35,133 bases of DNA from an uncultured Planctomycetaceae bacterium (GTDB lineage: Bacteria; Planctomycetota; Planctomycetia; Pirellulales; Thermoguttaceae), in NCBI GenBank assembly GCA_964458015.1, contig CAYWGR010000035.1:1-35133 (forward strand). Direction: 5' to 3'. Below the pieces are notes generated by a model. That model was not told where the DNA came from. It saw only the letters and a program-made list of their open reading frames with translations, and did not search any database. Below are positions 16,459-25,959 of this stretch, one piece after another. Position numbers and translations under genes: made by a program. How positions within the stretch are numbered: position 1 is the stretch's first letter; each line of letters opens with the position of its first letter.

Positions 16459-19400
16459 ATTCTCGGCCGCGCCATCAACACCTGTTGGGTATTCTTCAAG
16501 TGGGCCATCGTCCTGACGGCAGTCGGCGGCGGTGCGGCTGCTTTCGTCTTCTACCGACAGGCCGGCGAGGAAATCCGCTGTCAGGTCGAATCGCGACTCG
16601 CCCAACACTACAAAAACCTGAAAGTCAGCGTCCGTTCCGCCGAACTGGTCGAAGGCCTGGGCATTCGCGTCCGAAACTTGTCGATCCTGGAACCCGGCGC
16701 CGAAGGCCCCTGTGCCGAACTTCTAACCATCGAGGAGGCGGTGTTCGAGTGTCCGACCGAATGGCAAGAACTCCTTAAGGGCGAACCTCCGATAAGCCGC
16801 GTCACGATTCGCCGCCCCAAGCTGCTCGCCACGCATCGGTCCGACGGCCAATGGAGCACCGCCAAGCTTTTGCCGCCGCCGCAATTCGGCAATCATCCGC
16901 CCGAAGTGATCGTCGAAAACGGTATTGTCGAAATCCTCGATCCGCTCAAAAAGGCTACCAACAACCTCGCGTTGCGCGACATCAATCTCTCGGTCCTGCC
17001 GATACTGGGCAATACCCCTCTTCCCATTTCCGGCGAATCCCAGCAACCTAAAACGGCCGCCGCTTCCACTAATAATCCAACACACGCCTCCTTCGCCGCA
17101 AGGCCTGGCATGCGGCGCATCCAAGGCATGTTCGCCGGCGACGGCTTTCGCCGCGTCGAGTTCGAGGGCGTGCTCGACGCCCATCAATTCGCCTATTCGC
17201 TCCGCGGTCGGGCCGAAACCATCGATATCTCGCCCGAACTACGCGATTCCCTTCCCAGCGCACTCGCGGCAAAACTGGCGGCCATCGGCGACTTGCGCGG
17301 ACAGAGCGATCTGCAATTCCAAGCGGCCTACGATTCCGCATCCAATGCACCCGTGCAATACGTTCTCTCCGGCCGCTTGCGGCGCGGTCGGCTCGACGAT
17401 CCGCGATTGCCCCATACCTTAAGCGACATGCGAGCCGCATTCCGCGTCGATAACAACGGCTACTGCATCGACGATTTCGCGGCACGCAGCGGCCAAGGCA
17501 CTTTGCGCATGGCCTGCCGCCGCGCGGGATTCGAGCCGACAAGCCCCATGACCCTCTCCGCCGAACTGCGGCAATTGGATCTCGACCGCGCATTGCTCGG
17601 CATCCTGCCGCAATCACTGCAAGACCAGTGGAATAAATATCGGCCCGCAGGCGAAGTCGATGCCGATATTCAGGTCTCCTTTGACGGCCGTACCTGGCGG
17701 CCGAACGTGAATATGCAGTGCCTCAACGTCTCGTTCACGCACCATAAATTCCCCTATCGCCTCGAACACGGCAAAGGCTCGCTCACTCTCAAAGACGATC
17801 AAGTCAAACTGAATCTCACCGCCTATGCCGGCAGTCAGCCGGCGCGTCTGGCCGCCGAATTCACACACCCCTTCTCGGGACCGATAGGATGGTTCGAAGT
17901 CAAAGGCGACGATATCCAACTCGACGAAGCAATCGTCACGGCCCTGCCCGATAAGCCGCGAGAAGTCGTGCGGTCGCTCGCGCCGCGCGGTTCGCTCAAT
18001 TTCTACACGCGATTCTGGCGTGACAAGCCCGACGAGCCCATGCACCAGCATCTGCTCATAACGGCCAATCGTTGCTCCGTCCGTTACGAGAAATTCCCAT
18101 ATCCTTTGTCGGCTATCCGCGGCACTTTGGAAATGTTCGACGGAACATGGACGTTCCGCAATCTGGAAGGCTCCAACGATCGTGCCCGGGTAACGTGCGA
18201 AGGCCGCCTTACGCCCGGCTTCAACGGCAACGAATTGGTACTGAATTTTGTGGGAAAAGACGTTTTGCTCGAAGCCAGCCTGCGCGACGCACTCTCTCCC
18301 CACATGCAGCGCGTTTGGCACGACTCGCGCCCGCGCGGCTCGATCGATCTCACTGCCCAAATCCGCTATCTATCCGAAGACAAAACATTCAGCGTCGGCG
18401 TCCAGATCCAACCTCAACGCGAAAACGCCTCGATCGAACCCGTGCAGTTCCCCTACCGCCTCGAACACCTCCAAGGCGACATCGTCTATCGCGACGGCCA
18501 TGTAACCTTCAGCCGTTGCAAGGCCGACCACGGAAACGTCAAGGTTGCGGCCGAAGGCTACTGCGATTTCTCGCCCGATGGAAGATGGAACGCCCATTTC
18601 TCGAATCTTACGGCCGACCGCCTCCGCGTGGATCGCGACCGCGAGTTGCTTCTGGCCCTGCCCGAACGATTGCGAAAAGCCGTCACCGAGCTGAATCCCC
18701 TCGGTTCGATCAATCTGCGCGGAAGCTTCGATCTAGCGCGAACCGGCCGCCTCGACGAGCCCCTGCAATCCAGTTGGAACATGCAGATCGGAATGCAGCA
18801 GTCGAAACTGCAATGCGGCGGCATTCTGCTCGAAAACATCCACGGCAACGTGACGTTGCAAGGCGGATTCGATGGGCAGCATTTTCGAACACGCGGCGAG
18901 CTGGCCCTCGATTCCGTGCATTATAAGGATTGCCAGTTCACGGGCGTCACGGGCCCCCTCTGGATCGACGACGGCCGCATATTGCTGGGCTCCTGGGTAG
19001 ACCGACGCGACAACGGTTTGAAGAATGCCGAAAATGCCGCGCCCGCTCGAACGCCGCGTTCTTTGACGGCCGTTTGGCTCGGCGGCAAATTCTATCTCGA
19101 TGGATGGACCACGCTCGAACGCGAACCACGCTATGCCTTCAACGCAACGCTGACCCAAGCCGATCTCGCACGGTGCGCCAAGGAATTGGCCCCCGGCCGG
19201 CAAAACCTCCGTGGCCGCATCCTCGCCACCGCCGACATCTCGGGCAGCGGTCGAACCCGCAACACCCTGATCGGCCGAGGCATCATCGAACTCGCCGAAG
19301 CCAATATCTACGAATTACCCGTGATGATTTCACTGCTGAAAATTCTCAGCATTCGTCCGCCCGACCAAAATGCTTTCAGCACCGCCAAAATCAACTATCG

Positions 19401-19683
19401 CATTGAAGGCGAACATATCTATTTCGACCGCATCGACTTCCAGGGCGATGCCATCAGTCTCCGCGGCAAAGGCGAAATGGATTTCCAATCGAATATCCAC
19501 CTGACCTTTTACACCACCGTCGGCCGAGGCGATGTCGAGATCCCCATCGTCAAACAAGTCTTTACCGGCGCCAGCCAACAACTAATGCTCATCCACATCG
19601 ACGGCACGCTCCAGAATCCCGAAACCCGCAAGGAAGTTCTGCCGATGCTAAATCGAACCCTTCAAGAGATAACCAATCCATAA
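16459..19683 (+). CDS. Large AsmA/TamB-like envelope-biogenesis protein (~1070 aa). The start codon is uncertain and possibly non-canonical (AUU 16459).
   Basis: The frame is open from 16426. It encodes an N-terminal TM helix (CWVFFKWAIVLTAVGGGAAAFVFY) at 16474-16560 before the first ATG/GTG/TTG (TTG 16678, the track start). A GGAGG at 16445-16449 sits 9 nt upstream of ATT 16459. The C-terminal region (GRGIIELAEANIYELPVMISLLKIL...ISLRGKGEMDF) resembles the AsmA C-terminal domain. Confidence 0.45.
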   Translation: MLGRAINTCWVFFKWAIVLTAVGGGAAAFVFYRQAGEEIRCQVESRLAQHYKNLKVSVRSAELVEGLGIRVRNLSILEPGAEGPCAELLTIEEAVFECPTEWQELLKGEPPISRVTIRRPKLLATHRSDGQWSTAKLLPPPQFGNHPPEVIVENGIVEILDPLKKATNNLALRDINLSVLPILGNTPLPISGESQQPKTAAASTNNPTHASFAARPGMRRIQGMFAGDGFRRVEFEGVLDAHQFAYSLRGRAETIDISPELRDSLPSALAAKLAAIGDLRGQSDLQFQAAYDSASNAPVQYVLSGRLRRGRLDDPRLPHTLSDMRAAFRVDNNGYCIDDFAARSGQGTLRMACRRAGFEPTSPMTLSAELRQLDLDRALLGILPQSLQDQWNKYRPAGEVDADIQVSFDGRTWRPNVNMQCLNVSFTHHKFPYRLEHGKGSLTLKDDQVKLNLTAYAGSQPARLAAEFTHPFSGPIGWFEVKGDDIQLDEAIVTALPDKPREVVRSLAPRGSLNFYTRFWRDKPDEPMHQHLLITANRCSVRYEKFPYPLSAIRGTLEMFDGTWTFRNLEGSNDRARVTCEGRLTPGFNGNELVLNFVGKDVLLEASLRDALSPHMQRVWHDSRPRGSIDLTAQIRYLSEDKTFSVGVQIQPQRENASIEPVQFPYRLEHLQGDIVYRDGHVTFSRCKADHGNVKVAAEGYCDFSPDGRWNAHFSNLTADRLRVDRDRELLLALPERLRKAVTELNPLGSINLRGSFDLARTGRLDEPLQSSWNMQIGMQQSKLQCGGILLENIHGNVTLQGGFDGQHFRTRGELALDSVHYKDCQFTGVTGPLWIDDGRILLGSWVDRRDNGLKNAENAAPARTPRSLTAVWLGGKFYLDGWTTLEREPRYAFNATLTQADLARCAKELAPGRQNLRGRILATADISGSGRTRNTLIGRGIIELAEANIYELPVMISLLKILSIRPPDQNAFSTAKINYRIEGEHIYFDRIDFQGDAISLRGKGEMDFQSNIHLTFYTTVGRGDVEIPIVKQVFTGASQQLMLIHIDGTLQNPETRKEVLPMLNRTLQEITNP

Positions 19684-19749
19684 TGGTTAGCAACTATCGA
19701 CACGGCGACACCCCGCGATTAGCGGCTGCCGGCATGACGGCCTCTTGAA

Positions 19750-19779
19750 CCCTGACCTCTGATCCCTGACCTCTGACCC
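19750..19779 (+). repeat. (CCCTGACCTCTGA)x2 micro-repeat upstream of a small ORF and dapF
   Basis: CCCTGACCTCTGATCCCTGACCTCTGACCC has four TGA plus a TAA covering all three frames. It is related to the tract at 27530-27563. Confidence 0.7.
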
Positions 19780-19792
19780 ATAAACCCTTCCC

Positions 19793-20107
19793 ATGAGCAT
19801 CGGCCCCACCCACTCCTCCGCCGTCACGGCCGGTTCACCACTAGCCCAAACGAAGGGTGCCGAGCTAGATCGCGCCCAAGAGACCGTCGGCGCGCAGGCC
19901 CGCCAAGTGTACCATGATAGAAAGGCGGAAGCCGCCGATGGCGTCGGCGAGCCCGATGGCGAAAACCACCAAACGGCCGAACGCGACGGCGACGGCCGCC
20001 GCACCTGGGAAGATATGCCGGAACCCGAAGCACAAAACGATTCCGGCGACCGAAAAAGCAAGGATCCGTCGCAACAGTCCGGGAATCTATTGGATTTGAC
20101 CGGCTAA
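19793..20107 (+). CDS. Candidate small acidic hypothetical protein (104 aa)
   Basis: The ATG lies 13 nt downstream of a stop-rich micro-repeat tract like those that precede other genes here. It is on the same strand as its neighbours, has high GC3 and encodes a hydrophilic, Asp/Glu-rich product. It could be spurious. Confidence 0.25.
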   Translation: MSIGPTHSSAVTAGSPLAQTKGAELDRAQETVGAQARQVYHDRKAEAADGVGEPDGENHQTAERDGDGRRTWEDMPEPEAQNDSGDRKSKDPSQQSGNLLDLTG

Positions 20108-20120
20108 AGACCAAAGAAAG

Positions 20121-20987
20121 ATGCGTATAATGCGATTTACCAAAATGCACGGAGCCGGCAACGACTACGTGTATGTCAACTGTTTTGAAGAACCCATGCC
20201 CGCCAATCCCGCCGCACTGGCCCAGCAGGTCTCCGACCGGCATTTCGGCATCGGCGCCGACGGTCTGATTCTGATTTGCCCCAGCTCGGTGGCCGATGCT
20301 CGGATGCGCATGTTCAACGCCGACGGCTCCGAATCGGAAATGTGCGGCAACGGCGTCCGCTGCGTGGCCAAGTATGTTTACGATCACGGCATCTGCCGCA
20401 ACAACACCTTGCGCATTGAAACCGGCAACGGCGTCTTGACCCTGGATCTAAAAATTATCGCCGGTCTGGTTCAGCGCGTGCGCGTCGATATGGGCGCGCC
20501 GATCCTCGAACCCGCCCGCGTTCCGACAACCTTGCCTGGCAATTCGGCCTATGCCGGCAGCCCGGCCGCGAATGTGGATCTCGACCTCGGCGATTGCAGG
20601 CTTCAAGTCACCTGCGTATCGATGGGCAACCCGCATTGCATCACGTTCGTTGACGAACCGACCGACCAACTGGTGCTTCAAGTTGGCCCGCGCGTCGAAA
20701 ACGATCCTCACTTTCCCAACCGGATCAATGCCGAATTCGTGCAGGTTCTCTCGCCCGACGAAGTGCGGATGCGCGTCTGGGAACGTGGCTCGGGCGAAAC
20801 ACTCGCCTGCGGCACTGGCGCGTGCGCCGTTTGCGTGGCAGGCGCCCTGACCGGTCGCACCAACCGCAAAATCCGCGTACACTTGCCCGGCGGCGACCTT
20901 GAACTCGAATGGGCCGCCGACAACCACGTCTACCTCACCGGCGAAGCCGTCGAAGTCTTCAACGGCGAATGGGAAAACAGGGACTAG
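20121..20987 (+). CDS. dapF: Diaminopimelate epimerase
   Basis: The protein carries [16 protein letters not shown] and the catalytic MCGNGVRC motif, plus the second Cys region ([11 protein letters not shown]). ATG 20130 (MRFTK...) is an alternative start. Confidence 0.95.
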   Translation: MRIMRFTKMHGAGNDYVYVNCFEEPMPANPAALAQQVSDRHFGIGADGLILICPSSVADARMRMFNADGSESEMCGNGVRCVAKYVYDHGICRNNTLRIETGNGVLTLDLKIIAGLVQRVRVDMGAPILEPARVPTTLPGNSAYAGSPAANVDLDLGDCRLQVTCVSMGNPHCITFVDEPTDQLVLQVGPRVENDPHFPNRINAEFVQVLSPDEVRMRVWERGSGETLACGTGACAVCVAGALTGRTNRKIRVHLPGGDLELEWAADNHVYLTGEAVEVFNGEWENRD

Positions 20988-21039
20988 AGGCTAGACATTA
21001 GAAAAGAATATCCCGCAACTGTGGTTGGAGGAGACGACA

Positions 21040-21060
21040 AAAGCCGCTTGCGGCTTCGCA
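21040..21060. other. Copy 2 of the 21-nt hairpin motif AAAGCCGCTTGCGGCTTCGCA downstream of dapF
   Basis: It is an exact 21-mer shared with 8895-8915. Both copies lie 30-55 nt after a plus-strand stop codon. Confidence 0.6.
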
Positions 21061-21100
21061 TCCCATTGAAAACCCAAAACCCTATGTTGACCACTACAAG

Positions 21101-21161
21101 CTGACCGCTGATAGCTGACCGCTACTGATAACTGACAACTGACTATTGACCGCTTATTACC
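21101..21161 (+). repeat. CTGAC-rich degenerate micro-repeat abutting the start codon of the DUF374 gene
   Basis: CTGACCGCTGATAGCTGACCGCTACTGATAACTGACAACTGACTATTGACCGCTTATTACC ends 3 nt before ATG 21165. It has at least 7 TGA, plus TAG and TAA. Confidence 0.7.
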
Positions 21162-21164
21162 ACC

Positions 21165-21920
21165 ATGAAAATCGAAAGTCGGTTTCTCAATCAGCTTGGC
21201 GGTCTATTGAGCACGGCGGCGGTCCGCTGGTGGATGAGCACCCTCGACTACAAAGTCGCCTACTACGATTACACCATCGACCCCGTTTTCCCTGAGTGCC
21301 AAGGCCAAAAAATCTATATCTTTTGGCACGAGTACATTCTTTTCCCCTTCTATCTCCGCGGCCATTGCAACATGGCCATGCTCTTAAGCCGGCACCGCGA
21401 TGCCGAAATCCTCTCCTATGCCGCCTATCACATGGGCTTCGATTTCGTTCGCGGCTCGACCAATCGCGGCGGCGTTACCGCGCTGCGTAAAATGCTCGCG
21501 AAAAGCAAATCGATGCATCTGACCATCACGCCCGACGGCCCGCGCGGCCCCCGGCGGCAACTTGCACCCGGTTGCGTCTATCTCGCCTCAAAACTCGAGT
21601 TGCCGTTGGTCGTCATGGGCTACGGCTACGATCGGCCGTGGCGCGTCCGCAGCGCCTGGGACCAATTTGCCATCCCCCGCCCGTTCTCCCGAGCCCGCGC
21701 AGTTCCCAGCAGCGAAATCCACGTCCCGCACAACCTCGACCGAGAGGGTCTCGAACACTATCGCCAAAAAGTCGAAAACCTCTTGAATCGCCTCACTCTC
21801 GAGGCCGAAGCTTGGGCCGAATCCGGCACCCGCAAAATCGGCCAGCTCAACGTCGAACGGCGCGGAGCGCCCCTGCTCGGAAACAAAAAAACCGCCTCCC
21901 CATCTTCGGAACGCTCCTAG
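21165..21920 (+). CDS. Lysophospholipid acyltransferase-like (DUF374-type) protein
   Basis: The 251-aa product contains IYIFWHEYILFPFYLRGH...TITPDGPRGPRRQLAPGCVYLASKLELP, whose pattern resembles the DUF374/LPLAT superfamily (H-x4-E/D and PDGPRGP acyl-acceptor pocket motifs). Confidence 0.5.
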   Translation: MKIESRFLNQLGGLLSTAAVRWWMSTLDYKVAYYDYTIDPVFPECQGQKIYIFWHEYILFPFYLRGHCNMAMLLSRHRDAEILSYAAYHMGFDFVRGSTNRGGVTALRKMLAKSKSMHLTITPDGPRGPRRQLAPGCVYLASKLELPLVVMGYGYDRPWRVRSAWDQFAIPRPFSRARAVPSSEIHVPHNLDREGLEHYRQKVENLLNRLTLEAEAWAESGTRKIGQLNVERRGAPLLGNKKTASPSSERS

Positions 21921-21925
21921 TGCGC

Positions 21926-21977
21926 AAAAAAAACCGCTCACGGCTTCACAAAATCCATCCTGTGAAGCCGTGAGCGG
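21926..21977 (-). terminator. Rho-independent terminator with a perfect 17-bp stem for the PPIase gene, in a convergent junction
   Basis: CCGCTCACGGCTTCACA - AAATCCATCC - TGTGAAGCCGTGAGCGG. The plus-strand A8 run (21926-21933) becomes a U8 tail on the minus-strand transcript. Confidence 0.8.
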
Positions 21978-22009
21978 CTGTGATTGCAAACCAAGTGCTC
22001 TTTCGAGCC

Positions 22010-24007
22010 TTATTTCTCCGACACTTGACGCAAGGAGGGCAGTTTCTTGCCGTCTGTCGACGCTCCAGCGCCGTCTCGTTTCGGCGTATGGCTGGTGCCG
22101 GCCAAATAGTTATCCACCAAGGCGGCTTCTTGCAACTCCTCAAACTTGTTGGCCATCGCCAACCGGAGTTTCTTTTCATGAATGTCTTCGTAGATGTCGT
22201 TCCGAACGCTCTTAAAATCGACTTTCGCCGGCTTGGTATGCCCTTCGCAACGCAGGATGACATAGCGGTCTTCCACCTGAATCACGCCCGACACCTCGCC
22301 GGCTTGCAAGGCAAACGCTTCGTCTTCCAGAACCGGACGCCCTTGATACTTCCGAATCGGCGGAATCTCGCCGCGCATCGAACGGCTCGCGGCATCCACC
22401 GAGTATTGCTCGGCCAAATCACCGAAATTCTTGGCGGAATTGTTCTTCCGCGCCATCTCGAACACCTGCTGGGCACGACGTTGGTTGTCGAGCACGATGG
22501 CCAAACACCGCACGCGCGGCCCGTAGTTCGACTCGAAGCCCTTGCGCAGATCCTCGTCGGTAATCTTGACGTTATCACCCACAAGCTTTTTCAGCGCTAC
22601 CGTCGGCCACACGACGTCGTTCCGATACGCTTCGATCGGAATTCCTTGCTTTTGCGTTACCAGCTTCAGCCACGATTCCACGTCGGCCGAGCCATCGCGC
22701 TTCGGTTTCACGCCCGCCAATGCCGCACGCGCGATTTCTTGATTGATGTCTTCCTTCGTGATTTTGATTTCACGCCGCTGGATGGCTTCTTCCAAAATTT
22801 TGCGGCTGATCATCCCATCGAGAGTCTCCAGTCCGTGCCGTGCAATGCATTCCTCGTCCAATTCGCGAATGGTGATGGGCGAACCATTCAACGTAGCCGC
22901 CACGCCCGGCATTTTCTCACGCTTTTCGGGATCATTCCACACATTCTCAACCTTGGCATTCTCCTGGAGTTGGCGGAAAACATCTTGCGACACGGTGCGC
23001 ATCTTCCGGTCGCGAATCACTTCCTCCAACCGCGGCGCGACTTGCTCGAAATTCACTTTCCGAGCAGGCACCAATCCCTCGCGTTTCAGAATCACGTATT
23101 GTCCGCCGGCATGAATTACCGGCGAGACGTCGCCGTCGGCCATATTGAATACGGCATCTTCGATTTCTTTATAGCTGCCGTGCTTGCGAATCGGATTGAT
23201 CACGCCCTTGGCGCTGGCACTCGGGGCATCCTCAGAATAATCCTTCGCCAAATTGCCGAAATCCTCCGGCTTAGCCGATGCCTTGGCCTGCAACTTCTTG
23301 GCCTTCTGCAAGTCGCTTACTGCTATCAGCCTGGCGCGAACCGCGTCGCCATATTGCACGTCGTATTCGATCTGCAACTCTTGCGGCGTCACGGCAAGCC
23401 GCTCGCCCGCCAGCTTTCGCAATGCCAGCGTGGGCCATATAATATCGTTCGAGTATTGTTCCGGCGTGATATTCCGCTCTTGTTTGAGCATCTTCATCCA
23501 TTGATCGACCGGAATGTTGAATCGCTTCGCCATCCGCTCGACCTCGGCCTGGATCTCGCCCTTGGTGACCTTCACCCCTTGCTGCTCGCACTCGACGATA
23601 ATCAACCGTTTATTGACGATGCTTTCGAGGATTTCCTTGCCGTAACGCTTGCGGCATTCCAGGGCAAGATCCTCGCTCAAGATGCGACGTGTGTTCACGG
23701 TCGCCACTATCGGAGGAACCGTGGAGCCCTCGATGTTCTCCGTCTGCGCGGGACGTTTCTTCGCGGTCTTCGTATTGGCCGCCGGCTGTTCCGATGCCTC
23801 GGATTCGACCGGGGCCTGCCGGACCGCCGCCGTGCTCCGGCGAACCGGTGCTTTTTCCGACGTGTCGGCAACTGCCAACTGCGTTCCGCTGTAATAACGT
23901 GCGGCAATGCAAACCGCCAGCAAAAACATGCTGCCGAAAAAGAAATGTACTCGTCGGCTTCCTAGGAAACGGGAAATGAACGAACGATCAGAACTTGACT
24001 GGGTCAT
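22010..24007 (-). CDS. SurA/PrsA-like peptidyl-prolyl cis-trans isomerase with two parvulin (PpiC) domains and an N-terminal membrane anchor
   Basis: There is an N-terminal TM helix (VHFFFGSMFLLAVCIAA) and two SurA-N-like plus rotamase units (...GVINPIRKHGSYKEIEDAVFNMADGDVSPVIHAGGQYVILKREG; ...GEIPPIRKYQGRPVLEDEAFALQAGEVSGVIQVEDRYVILRCEG). There is a strong SD (AAGGAGG-N7-ATG). Confidence 0.75.
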   Translation of the reverse strand: MTQSSSDRSFISRFLGSRRVHFFFGSMFLLAVCIAARYYSGTQLAVADTSEKAPVRRSTAAVRQAPVESEASEQPAANTKTAKKRPAQTENIEGSTVPPIVATVNTRRILSEDLALECRKRYGKEILESIVNKRLIIVECEQQGVKVTKGEIQAEVERMAKRFNIPVDQWMKMLKQERNITPEQYSNDIIWPTLALRKLAGERLAVTPQELQIEYDVQYGDAVRARLIAVSDLQKAKKLQAKASAKPEDFGNLAKDYSEDAPSASAKGVINPIRKHGSYKEIEDAVFNMADGDVSPVIHAGGQYVILKREGLVPARKVNFEQVAPRLEEVIRDRKMRTVSQDVFRQLQENAKVENVWNDPEKREKMPGVAATLNGSPITIRELDEECIARHGLETLDGMISRKILEEAIQRREIKITKEDINQEIARAALAGVKPKRDGSADVESWLKLVTQKQGIPIEAYRNDVVWPTVALKKLVGDNVKITDEDLRKGFESNYGPRVRCLAIVLDNQRRAQQVFEMARKNNSAKNFGDLAEQYSVDAASRSMRGEIPPIRKYQGRPVLEDEAFALQAGEVSGVIQVEDRYVILRCEGHTKPAKVDFKSVRNDIYEDIHEKKLRLAMANKFEELQEAALVDNYLAGTSHTPKRDGAGASTDGKKLPSLRQVSEK

Positions 24008-24344
24008 TGCGGCTCCTCCTTAAACCGTTATGCAACCTGAACTTACCCCCGCCCTTCTCCAAGGGCGTCGAACGGATCCCAGGAACAGGCTTCCGGGCGT
24101 GTGTAACGTCCGAAAGGTGCGGAATTCCTAGAATCTCGCGGTTTTATCCATTGGCGAGTGCGGCAGTATAGGACTTTCGTGCCCATCGAGGCAAGCCCGA
24201 AAAATCCCATTCATTTTTGGGATTGATCCATCTGCGGCTATCCCGGTATACTCCAGACCCTAATCGCGGGAAAACCTTTTATTTGGCTGGTCATTTGGCC
24301 GCTTTTTGGCAAGGATCGCCGACACTTGAGCAAGGAGGCTCTGT

Positions 24345-25139
24345 GTGAGCGGGTATCTATCGTCAATCTGGCGCTTACGCTATTTCTGGATGGCCCTGGT
24401 ACGCAGCGATCTGCGGACACGCTATCGCGGCTCGGTCATCGGCATGGGCTGGTCGCTCTTGCGCCCCATCGCCATGACGGCCGTCATGTGCATTGTTTTC
24501 TGCCAACTGTTCGGGCTAAGCCTTCGCGACTACGCGCCCATGTTGCTGTGCGGCCTGACTTTCTGGAACTTCATCACGACCGTGATTGGCCAAGGTTGTC
24601 AAACCTTCTTCCAGGGTGAATCCTACATCCAGCAACATCCCGCCCCCATGGCTATTTATCCGCTACGCACCGTGCTGGGCGCCGGATTTCACTTTCTGCT
24701 GGGGATCGGCGTGGCGACCGTGTTCATTTGGTGCGTCAGGGGATTCGGCAATCTGCCGGCAATGATAAGCCTTGTGCCCACATTCGTCTTGCTGTTCGTC
24801 ATCGGCTGGTCGCTGGCCATTTGCATGGGCGTGGCCAACCTAATGTTTCAGGACACGGAACACCTGATCGAAGTCGTCTTGCAGACTATTTTCTATCTGA
24901 CGCCAATCATGTATCCGGCAGAGATGCTTACCAACAAACTAGAAAAGGCTCACATGGCTTGGCTGGTGAACATGAATCCGTTCGCCATACTCGTGGAATT
25001 GATTCGCCAGCCGCTTTTGCAGGGGCAGATTCCTTCGCTCACGCTGGCCTGCTGTGGCGCCGCCGTAGGATTGGCGGCCGTCATCACCGCCACGCTCACA
25101 TTAATGCGATTCGAAAAACGACTCATTTTCTACCTGTGA
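24345..25139 (+). CDS. ABC-2 type polysaccharide/glycan export permease (Wzm/KpsM/TagG-like)
   Basis: YFWMALVRSDLRTRYRGSVIGMGWSLLRPIAMTAVMCIVF is the characteristic N-terminus of ABC-2 Wzm. The product has 6 TM segments. The GTG start follows an AAGGAGG SD. Confidence 0.85.
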   Translation: MSGYLSSIWRLRYFWMALVRSDLRTRYRGSVIGMGWSLLRPIAMTAVMCIVFCQLFGLSLRDYAPMLLCGLTFWNFITTVIGQGCQTFFQGESYIQQHPAPMAIYPLRTVLGAGFHFLLGIGVATVFIWCVRGFGNLPAMISLVPTFVLLFVIGWSLAICMGVANLMFQDTEHLIEVVLQTIFYLTPIMYPAEMLTNKLEKAHMAWLVNMNPFAILVELIRQPLLQGQIPSLTLACCGAAVGLAAVITATLTLMRFEKRLIFYL

Positions 25140-25146
25140 TTCGCCT

Positions 25147-25911
25147 ATGCGTTTAATTCAACTGGACGATGTCGGCTTGCGTTTCCACGTTCGGTGTTTC
25201 GACCGGATTAGCCTGAAGGAATATCTCCTGGATGGCTTCTTCGGCGGCTCGAAAAAGAGCACCTTCGAGGTTCAAGCCCTCGACGGCATTAACCTTGCCG
25301 TGGACGAAGGGGATCGACTGGGCATCATCGGCCACAATGGAGCGGGCAAAAGCACCTTGCTCAGGCTGTTGGCCGGCGTTTACCCCCCCACAGCCGGCCG
25401 CCGCCAAGTTACCGGACACATTTGCTCGTTATTCGACATCTCCCTGGGGTTCGAGCAGGATGCCAGCGGTTGGGACAACATTTATTACCGCGGCTATCTG
25501 CAAGGCGAAACGCCGCGGACCATCCGCTCGAAGGTTCAACCGATCGCTGAATTCAGCGAATTGGGCGAGTTTCTCGATATGCCCGTTCGATATTATTCCA
25601 CCGGCATGAGAGTGCGCTTGGCCTTTTCGATCGCCACGACCATCGAACCTGAAATATTGATTATCGATGAAGTTCTGGGGGCCGGCGACATGACTTTCCA
25701 GGCCAAAGCACAGGAACGGATGCGAACGCTGATGTCGTCGGCGCGGGCGGTGATCGTCGTCAGTCATGACTTGGCCTCAATCAAGTTGATGTGCGACCGC
25801 GTCCTCTGGCTCGATCATGGAAAGATGCACATGCTCGGTCCGGCCGCCGAGGTCATCGATGCATATTCTGAACAATCCAAAGCAACCAAAACCGTGCGCC
25901 AAGCGGCGTAG
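25147..25911 (+). CDS. ABC transporter ATP-binding protein (Wzt/KpsT/TagH-like), without a C-terminal carbohydrate-binding domain
   Basis: It has Walker A (GHNGAGKST), a signature sequence (YSTGMRVRLAF), Walker B (ILIIDEV), and an H-loop (SHD). It starts 8 nt after the permease stop, so the two are an operon pair. Confidence 0.85.
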   Translation: MRLIQLDDVGLRFHVRCFDRISLKEYLLDGFFGGSKKSTFEVQALDGINLAVDEGDRLGIIGHNGAGKSTLLRLLAGVYPPTAGRRQVTGHICSLFDISLGFEQDASGWDNIYYRGYLQGETPRTIRSKVQPIAEFSELGEFLDMPVRYYSTGMRVRLAFSIATTIEPEILIIDEVLGAGDMTFQAKAQERMRTLMSSARAVIVVSHDLASIKLMCDRVLWLDHGKMHMLGPAAEVIDAYSEQSKATKTVRQAA

Positions 25912-25959
25912 CCGTCTGCTGTAGAGCAAATACACCTATCACTTTCGAACGGATTAAAC

